Positions 1-8,599 of a stretch of 23,738 nt of DNA are shown one piece after another. The stretch covers positions 167,967-191,704 of the forward strand of contig RQSC01000017.1 of assembly GCA_013416795.1 (NCBI GenBank), in the 5' to 3' direction. Made by a program: the position numbers and the translations under genes. The notes below the pieces were generated by a model that was given only the letters and a program-made list of their open reading frames with translations, searched no databases and was not told the DNA's origin. Every line of letters begins with the position of its first letter. Within the stretch, counting starts at the first letter, position 1. The DNA is from Prasinococcaceae sp. CCMP 1430 (taxonomy: Eukaryota > Plantae > Prasinodermophyta).

Positions 1-1
1 A

Positions 2-418
<417 letters not shown>

Positions 419-523
419 TCAGCGAAAGCGATCGATCGCCTTATCCGGCGGCGCGCCGCGGCGGATTGCGCCCCCACGCCCGCCGAGGCGGCCCCCGAGC
501 GCGCGCTCGAGGCGGTTGTGGCC

Positions 524-623
524 NNNNNNNNNNNNNNNNNNNNNNNNNNNNNNNNNNNNNNNNNNNNNNNNNNNNNNNNNNNNNNNNNNNNNNNNNNNNN
601 NNNNNNNNNNNNNNNNNNNNNNN
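524..623. other. Assembly gap (100 N)
   Basis: Run of N. Other gaps are at 5820-6740, 14578-14867 and 20064-20516, with a single N at 1349. All lie at or near GC-rich gene 5' ends. Confidence 1.
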
Positions 624-970
624 CGCACCGCGCCGCGCAGCGAGCTGGGCGCGCGCGCCGGCGCGCGCGCGAAGTTTGAAAAGCGTCGCGATACCAACAA
701 TGCCTTCCACTCCTGCAAATTTCTGCACAGTCCGCCGTCCCAGACGAGGATGCGAACGTACGCGCACATCAAACTCACACACGGGAGACGCATACTTCGC
801 GCGCGCTCGCGCGCCCGGCGTCCCCCCCCCCCCCCGCGTTTTTTCGCCCTCCGCCGCACTTCGCCGCGCTCTGCGCGGCGCCCGAAATATCCGGGAATAT
901 CGGACACGCGCGCGCGCGGTTCCGCGGGTTCGCGAGGCGGTCGGCGCGCGAGAGCGCGGCGTTTGGGGTG

Positions 971-978
971 TAGGGTTT
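971..978 (-). promoter_or_regulatory. Telo-box (AAACCCTA) upstream of RPL40
   Basis: TAGGGTTT on the + strand. Telo-boxes are established elements of plant ribosomal-protein promoters. A second copy is at 7964-7971. Confidence 0.45.
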
Positions 979-990
979 ACTTCGTCGGCG

Positions 991-1279
991 ACGTGCACGT
1001 GTACGTGCACATGCACACGCTGGCATGGTGTGCTCGCGCACGTCAGCACCTGTGCACGTGCTCGCCCTGCTGTGTGTCCGCGCATGCACGTGTGCGGGCG
1101 CGGCACGTTCTGGAAGCTCCCGTCGGTGGCTGGCTCGGTGCGGTGCGCCCGCCCGGCAGCACGGGGTCGCGTCTGGGAATGCGCGCCGGATCTTTTGCGC
1201 TTTTTGGCGCCTTTCGAAACGCCGTGCAAAAATCCAAACGCCCGCGCTGCCGGGGCCACGAGTTGGTTCCACGTCAGCA
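991..1279. promoter_or_regulatory. Cluster of G-box / ACGT elements in the RPL40 - TOR/COL intergenic region
   Basis: CACGTG at 996, 1055 and 1087; CACGTCAGCA at 1039 and 1270. Function is inferred only. Confidence 0.35.
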
Positions 1280-1348
1280 TCTCGTGCTGCGCGTTTCGTG
1301 GCTCGGGGGCCGCGGGCGCGCGCGCGGCGCGCTCCCGGCCGCGAGCCG

Positions 1349-2245
1349 NTGGCGGAGCTACTGCCATCGGCAGGCCTCACCACGCTTTCCGGAGAGTACT
1401 ATCCGACCGTGGCACTGAATGCGCTCATGCGCGTGCTGCGCGACCGGTCGCAGGGCCACCACCACATGATGGTCGTGCGGTCACTCATGTTCATCTTCCG
1501 TGCGCTGGGCCTGGGCTGCGTACCATATTTGCCGCGCATCATCCCAGCGCTGCTGCAGGTGCTGCGCACATGCGAGGGTGGCCTGCGCGAATTCATCCTC
1601 AATCAGCTGCCTTCGCTTGTGGCCGTCATGCGCCAGCACGCGAGGCGATACCTCGACGACCTTCTGGAAGTCGTGCACGAGTACTGGGACGGCCCCCCGG
1701 AGCTGCGCCCGCATCTGCTGCGCCTCCTGGAGGAGCTGAGCGTGGCGCTGGGCGACGAGTTCCAAGCATACTTGCACACCATCGTGCCGCAGCTGGTAGG
1801 TGCCCTCGCTGAAGCAGAGCGCAGCGGCGACTTCAGCGCGGTGCCAGCGGTGCTGCACGCCCTGGAGGCGTTCGGGCGCTCCTTGTCAGAGCACTTCCAC
1901 CTGGTCTTGCCTGCGCTCGTCCGCCTCTTCAAGAGCGGCGCCGCCGGGGCCGGCGCGCCCGTCCGCGTGCGCATCGACGCCGTGCGCTCGCTCAAGCGGC
2001 TGCTGCCGCACATGCCAGTGTCCGCCTTTGCGAGTGCGATCGCACATCCGCTGATCCGCGCGGTCGAGGAAGGGCCTGCGAGTGTGCGCGCGGCAGCGCC
2101 CGAGGCGCTCTGCGCGCTGGCTGCTGCGTTGGGCAGTGACTTTGGCATTTTCGCACCTTTGCTCCGCCGCGTGCTTGAGCGAACGGGGGTGAACCACCCG
2201 CACCTCGAAGCGGCGCTTGCCGCGGCCGTCGCGGGGCGCAACCCG
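1349..2245 (+). CDS. TOR: TOR kinase middle HEAT-repeat fragment (about 300 aa), no FAT/FRB/kinase part
   Basis: EYYPTVALNALMRVLRD..VVRSLMFIFRALGLGCVPYLPRIIP..QHARRYL..LGDEF..LEAFGRSLSEHFHLVLPALVRLFK..LCALAAALGSDFGIF matches the plant TOR segment as I recall it (DYYSTVAINSLMRILRD..MGLGCVPYLPKVLP..LGEDFTIF). It starts at the single N and runs in frame into the B-box ORF. Confidence 0.9.
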
Positions 2246-2278
2246 TGCGAAGTGCTGCCGCCGTCCTACCTGGGCAGC

Positions 2279-5075
2279 ATGACGTCCGGTGGTGGTATGG
2301 ACACAGGGGATGCGGCGGCCACCGCCAGGGCCGCGCCGGCGGCCGCGGCAGCGCCTCTGCCCATGGCCGCAACGGCTGGGGGTGGGGGCAACCGCTGCGG
2401 GGGCGTTTGCGCGGACGCGGGTGGGCCGCTGCCGACTCCGCTGGTGAGCAAGCAGGTGGCGTGCGACATGTGCCACTCGGCGCGCGCGTCCATTTTCTGC
2501 GTGGCGGACAACGCGCGGCTTTGCGGGCGGTGCGACGAGCAGGTGCACGCGGTGAACGAGCTCGCGGCGCGTCACGTGCGCTCGTGGCTGTGCGACGTGT
2601 GCTCCGACGGCCCCGCGGCGATGTGTCTGCCCGCCGAGCGCATGACGTGCTGCAATGCGTGCGAGGTTCACATCGCGGCCATGCCCACGCGGATCGCGCG
2701 GGCGCCGCTGCCGAACGGCGGCTTTGTGCCCTCCAAGCCCTTCGTGCCGCCTGGAGGCGCGCAGGAGGCTCAGGGAGCGCCCCAAGGGCAACAGCCGCCA
2801 CCACGCGCGTCGCAGGCCGGCGTGCCGCAGGCGCTGCATCAGACAAGACGAGGGGAGGATGAAAGGCGGCAAGTGGGGCAGAGGAGCGACGAGTTGCGGC
2901 AGGTGGAGGTGCAGAGGCCTATGCTCGAAGGTAAGAGCGCGGGGCCTCGCGCGGCGCGCGGGATGGATTCACGAGAGAGAGCGCGGACCCGCGACCGCGA
3001 TGACGCCCGCAACCGCTCCCTCTCGCGCCGCTTGCGCGCACGCTGACGCATGCGCTTGCTCCTCTGTAGACAACGCGCCCGAGGCCTCTGCCTCGCCGCG
3101 CTGCGAGGTCGGCGCGGCTGCCTTTGACGACAACGCCCCCACAAACTCGTTCTCGCTGGCTATCGCCGCGACCGCGCCAACACCGATCGCACGCATGGGT
3201 GGCGCGGCGACGCCAAGCACGGGGATGACTCACCTCTCTATCTCCAGCGGTGACCTCCTCTGGGACGAGGATGCCGCGATGCTTCTTGGCACAACAGCTG
3301 CAAGCTTCCCCACGAGCACAAACAACAACGCCGTGAGTTCACAAGCACCACTGGCCGCCGACTCTGCGGCCAACACCGCCAACGCAGTCGGTGCCGTCGG
3401 CACCATTTCCGAGGGCGTCCGAGATGTGCGACCACAGGGCCCACCCATTTCAGGCAAAGACCCTGACTGCGGCGGGCGCACAGGCGCGCGCAGCGGCGGG
3501 GGCTTCGTTCCCGATGGCGGTGGCGAAGGTGCAGGCCGTGGAGCCGCGGGCAGTGCAGTCGCAGTCCGGCTGGCAGACATCTCGCAGGAGGTCATGCGTG
3601 GCCTCAACGAATCTGGCCCGCGCGGCGAGCAAGCCCCCTTCGTCGGGGGGGGCATGGCGGGGATTCAGACAGATCGATGCGGTGGCTGGATGGGCGCTGC
3701 GCAGGACCAGGCACAAGGGCGGCAGCAGCAGCAGCAGCAACAACAACAACAACAGCAACATCAGTCATCGACACAGGAGCAGCACCCCCGCGTGCCGCCG
3801 CCGCAGCAGCAGCAACAGCAGCAGCCGCTGCAGCAGCTGTGGGAGATGTGGGATCAGATGGGTGCGCAGCCGACAGAAGCACCCGCCGAGTACTTTGACA
3901 TGCGCACTCTGTCACCAGCAAAGCGACAGAAGGCACGTGGGGACCACCGCGTGCAGCAGCAGCGGCAGCGCCAGCCAGCAGTGGGGGCGCAGCAAGCCCC
4001 GGGTTCAATGGGCGGGTCGTACTCGAAAGCAGACAGCCAACCGGTCGTGCACGCCGCCTCCCGTGAGCAACAACAGCCATACATGAGTCAGGATGCCCCA
4101 CGCTCGCCGGTGCATCGCGCCCATCCACTCCAGTCGACTCACGGTGACGGGCGCATGCCGCCGAAGGGAGCAGTGCCACCGGCGTCCATGGTACCAAGTG
4201 AGAGGGTCGGTGGCAAACCAGAGCAGCTGAAGCCACCACATGGTCAGCGCGGTCCTGCAGGCCGGCAGTGCAAGCCTCCAATTGGCAGTGGCGCATCGTC
4301 TGCGTCGCGCCAGTCTCTGGCTCCCAACTCTTACACGACTTCATTCGGCGTATCTCCGGGCTCCACTGTCCTCGACGCTGCACAGGCGGCGTTCGGCCCG
4401 GTCCAGCCGCTGCCAAAGCGCGACGTGCGCGGACTCAGCGGCGAGAGGAGCGACGGCAGGACGGCTGGTAGTGCGTCGGGCATGCGTGCGTCGGGCATGC
4501 ACTATCGCTTCGCGGATGCTACGGGCCGCGTGCGCAGCGTTAGTGGCGGGGGCAGCACCTTGAGCGGCTCTGCCGACAAGCGGGATGGCGCAGGCAGCAG
4601 TGGTGGCAGCGGCAGCGGCGCCGGCAGCGGTGGTGGGGAGGGCAGCGGCGGGAGCCCCGGCAGATACGACAACGCTGACGGCCTGACCGTCGCCGCCGCG
4701 GCCATCGCGAGGGCCGAGGTCGCCGCAACTATCCGTCACGATGCACTGATGCGGTACCAGGAGAAGCGCCGCAAACGCACCTTCAAAAAGATCATCCGCT
4801 ACGAGAGTAGGCAGGAGCGCGCCATTGGACGCGTGCGCATCAAAGGCCGCTTCGCGAAGATCGACAAGAACGCTTCCGCGGACGTCACTGCGAACACCAC
4901 CACCACCGCGGACACAACTACGGACACTGCCGCGCAAGAGAATCCTGCAGAGGCGAAGGCCAGTAGGCGAGTGCATGGCGCGCTCAGTTCGGATGCGCAG
5001 CTCTCCAAGGACGTGAGCATGGTGTCGGAGCCGTCTCCACACGCCGGGCCGCGCGCGAAGGCAATGGACGCGTAG
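2279..5075 (+). CDS. CONSTANS-like B-box + CCT transcription factor; exons 2279(start uncertain)-2930 and 3070-5075
   Basis: B-box1 CDMC..C..D...LC..CDEQVH..N....RH at 2462-2590, a degenerate B-box2 after it, and a CCT domain RHDALMRYQEKRRKRTFKKIIRYESRQERAIGRVRIKGRFAK at 4734-4859. Intron 2931-3069 (GTAAGA..GCTGAC..TGTAG, phase 1) joins the two frames exactly. Alternative ATGs are at 2297 and 2363; the protein is 885 aa from 2279. Confidence 0.9.
3723..3758 (+). repeat. CAG/CAA tract encoding Q12 in the COL protein
   Basis: Twelve consecutive CAG/CAA codons, with a further Q-rich run shortly downstream. Confidence 0.95.
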
Positions 5076-5140
5076 CAGGCGGCCAGGTTTGTGCGCTCAA
5101 TAGATACAGTTACAGCACATGCTACATGTACATCGCGCTC

Positions 5141-5819
5141 TCAGGACTTGGCTCGGGCGTATGGGTGCGAGCTGAAGCGCCAGCTCGCGCGCGCTCGGCC
5201 CGCTTTGCCGATTCTTTTTCGCGCGCCGCCGAGTACTGTGGCACCGCCTCCGCCGCCGCTCGGCTGGTGGTTTGCGGGCGGCGCGCCTCGCTTCACAGCT
5301 GCCCCCGCCAAGCCCATGTCGGCGCGCAGGTCCCCCGCGGAGACGCCAGCCGCTCCGCCTGGCCGTTTCCTCCCGCCGATCCCCTTTCCTCCGTGCCTGG
5401 ATGTCGACAACGAGCCACCCCAGCTCTCCCTCGCTCGCCGCACCGCAGTCCCCGTCGCAGCAGGCGGCGCCGGGGCTTCGGCCCACCGCTGGTGTGCGCT
5501 GGCCTCACCTGCTCTGCCCATTCCCGCCTTCCCCACGCTCGCACCTTCGTCCGAGATCTGCTCGTAGGCGGCCTTGGCCGCCACGAACGCATCGGCGAGC
5601 AGCTTCCCGTCGGACGCGTTTGCCGCAGCTTGCCTGTCCGGATGCAGCGCCAGGGCGAGCGCGCGGAAGCGCTCGCGGGCCAGCCGCTGCAGCGCGAGCC
5701 CGTCCTCGGCGCCGCTCGATCCCGACGGGGAGCTCGCGCTCGCTCCCTCGCCGACGCCGAGCACACCGGCTGGACCGGCGCCGCTCGTCACGGCGGCGAG
5801 CACGCGCCGCGCCTCGGCG
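5141..5819 (-). CDS. J-domain (DnaJ-type) protein, 3' part; 5' part in gap
   Basis: RERFRALALALHPDRQ...DAFVAAKAAYEQISD with the HPD motif at 5636-5644. TGA at 5141-5143 and TGTAA on the minus strand at 5110-5114. Confidence 0.75.
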
Positions 5820-6937
5820 NNNNNNNNNNNNNNNNNNNNNNNNNNNNNNNNNNNNNNNNNNNNNNNNNNNNNNNNNNNNNNNNNNNNNNNNNNNNNNNNN
5901 NNNNNNNNNNNNNNNNNNNNNNNNNNNNNNNNNNNNNNNNNNNNNNNNNNNNNNNNNNNNNNNNNNNNNNNNNNNNNNNNNNNNNNNNNNNNNNNNNNNN
6001 NNNNNNNNNNNNNNNNNNNNNNNNNNNNNNNNNNNNNNNNNNNNNNNNNNNNNNNNNNNNNNNNNNNNNNNNNNNNNNNNNNNNNNNNNNNNNNNNNNNN
6101 NNNNNNNNNNNNNNNNNNNNNNNNNNNNNNNNNNNNNNNNNNNNNNNNNNNNNNNNNNNNNNNNNNNNNNNNNNNNNNNNNNNNNNNNNNNNNNNNNNNN
6201 NNNNNNNNNNNNNNNNNNNNNNNNNNNNNNNNNNNNNNNNNNNNNNNNNNNNNNNNNNNNNNNNNNNNNNNNNNNNNNNNNNNNNNNNNNNNNNNNNNNN
6301 NNNNNNNNNNNNNNNNNNNNNNNNNNNNNNNNNNNNNNNNNNNNNNNNNNNNNNNNNNNNNNNNNNNNNNNNNNNNNNNNNNNNNNNNNNNNNNNNNNNN
6401 NNNNNNNNNNNNNNNNNNNNNNNNNNNNNNNNNNNNNNNNNNNNNNNNNNNNNNNNNNNNNNNNNNNNNNNNNNNNNNNNNNNNNNNNNNNNNNNNNNNN
6501 NNNNNNNNNNNNNNNNNNNNNNNNNNNNNNNNNNNNNNNNNNNNNNNNNNNNNNNNNNNNNNNNNNNNNNNNNNNNNNNNNNNNNNNNNNNNNNNNNNNN
6601 NNNNNNNNNNNNNNNNNNNNNNNNNNNNNNNNNNNNNNNNNNNNNNNNNNNNNNNNNNNNNNNNNNNNNNNNNNNNNNNNNNNNNNNNNNNNNNNNNNNN
6701 NNNNNNNNNNNNNNNNNNNNNNNNNNNNNNNNNNNNNNNNCCCTCCCTCCGCCCCTCTTCCGGCCCGATGCGCGCGCGCACGCGCGCAGCAGCTGCGGCC
6801 GCCGCGCGCGGCGGCCTCGGGCGCATCGCCGCCGCATTTTCACCCTAGGGTGCTCGCGCCGCGCACGGCCGCCGCGCTCCGCCGCCGCCGCATTACGTCG
6901 CGCTGACACCGCCGCCGCCTCGCCCGCGTCCGCACAG

Positions 6938-7724
6938 GTATCTCCCGTGACTCTGTCCACAAGCGCCGCCTCACCGGCGGCAAGCAGAAGAAGTGGCACA
7001 AGAAGCGGAAGTGCGTCGCGCCCGCGGCGCCGCGCTTGCGCTGCGCGCCGCGCGGTGCCCCGTCCCCCGAGCCGCCACCCCGCGGCGAGCAGCCGCCCTG
7101 CGCATGACGGCGGCGCGAGACATTCTGCGAATGCGCTCCGCGAGATGCTGACGCCGTCGCTTGCTCTTCCCAACCCCCTCCAGGTATGACCTCGGCCGCG
7201 TGTCGGTGCACTGCAAGCTGAGCTCCAACAAGACCGTGCGCCAGATCCGTGTGCGCGGCGGCAACTACAAGCTCCGCGCGCTGCGCCTGGACTCGGGTGT
7301 GTTCTCGTGGGCGTCCGAGCACTGCACCAAGAAGGTGCGCGTGCTCGACGTGATGTACAACGCCTCGAACAACGAGCTTGTGCGCACCAAGACTCTGGTC
7401 AAGAACTGCATCGTGTCCGTCGACGCGGCGCCGTTCAAGGCCTTCTACCAGCAGCACTACGGTCTGGAGCTCGGCCAGAAGGGCGTGTCCGTGGACACGC
7501 TCACCCCGAGCGACGAGGGCTCGAACCATCACAAGCGCGTCATCGCCGCCCGCAACAAGGACCGCAAGCTTGACGCCGCGCTCGAGGAGCAGTTCACCAC
7601 TGGCCGCCTGCTCGCGTGCGTGTCGTCGCGCCCCGGCCAGTCGGGCCGCTGCGACGGCTACATCCTCGAGGGCAAGGAGCTCGAGTTCTACAAGCGCGCG
7701 ATGGTCAAGAAGAAGAAGGCGTAG
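6938..7724 (+). CDS. RPS8: 40S ribosomal protein S8; exons 6938-7010 and 7184-7724, ATG-G exon presumably in gap
   Basis: Spliced translation (G)[24 protein letters not shown]|[53 protein letters not shown]. The intron has a GTGCGT donor, CAG acceptor and GCTGAC branch points (6902, 7147). Confidence 0.97.
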
Positions 7725-8599
7725 GCGCGACGCCCAATAAGTAAAACTGCGGCTGCTGGGTCATTCGATCGCACGACCGGGCGTGCGCGTCCCCTCGCCG
7801 CCCTCCTCGGCGCCGGCGGTCTGTCGCGCGCCCGCGCGTCGGGAGCGACTGCGCCGCCGTTCGGGTTCGAGGTTCATCAGGGTTCAATCCGCCCCTCCCC
7901 CGGGTGCGTTTCCGCACCGCCGTTCCGCGCGGCCGCCGCCGGCCGCCCCGCCGAGGTTTGGGTTAGGGTTTCGCCGGCGGCGGCGCCCCGCGGCCGGGCC
8001 GCCGCCGCGCGGCCCCCCTTCATCCTCGGCAGCCCGCAACGTCAAACGCCATGCAAATTTTCCCCGCGCGCCTGTGTGCTCGGCACATTCGGTTTCTGAT
8101 TTTGATTTTGTTTGTGTTTTTTTTTTTATTTTGTTTTTGATTTTGATTTCGATTTCGATTTTTTTTTTTGCTTCTGTCTGCTCGTCCCGCGGCACCCCAG
8201 GGGTGCCGGGCCCAGGTGCGCAATGGATTCCACGGTGCGGGTACGTGCATAAACATGTGCGAATCCATGACGGTATTGTTGATATTTTGATGTGTGGATT
8301 CCATTTGTTTTTGTGTTCGGCTGGTCGTGTGCGCGGATGCCGTGCGCATTGATGGGGGCGGATTCTGCGGCGGAATTCGCGGCCGACCGCGCGCGCGCGG
8401 AGCAGCAGCAGCAGCAGCGGCAGCAACGGCGCCGGCGGCGGCGCCCCACGCCCCGCGCCACACGCCTGTGTGCGCGCGCCGCGCCGAGGAGGTGTGTGTG
8501 AGGGGTGCGGGGAGGCGGAGGGATCTCCCTCGGAGGGAGGTCCCTCCGCGCGGCCCTCTCTTCCCACCCCGTTCGTGCGCGCGCGCGCGGCAGGCGCCG

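Noticed and set aside
884-903. AAATATCC / GAATATC resembling an evening element
   Set aside because: Does not match AAAATATCT; too weak to call.
5126-7189. Long ORFs spanning the 921-N gap
   Set aside because: They are open only because N codons translate as X.
7861-7895. GGTTCGA / GGTTCAATCC resembling a tRNA T-loop or B-box
   Set aside because: The flanking bases do not form a T-stem and no cloverleaf or A-box is evident.
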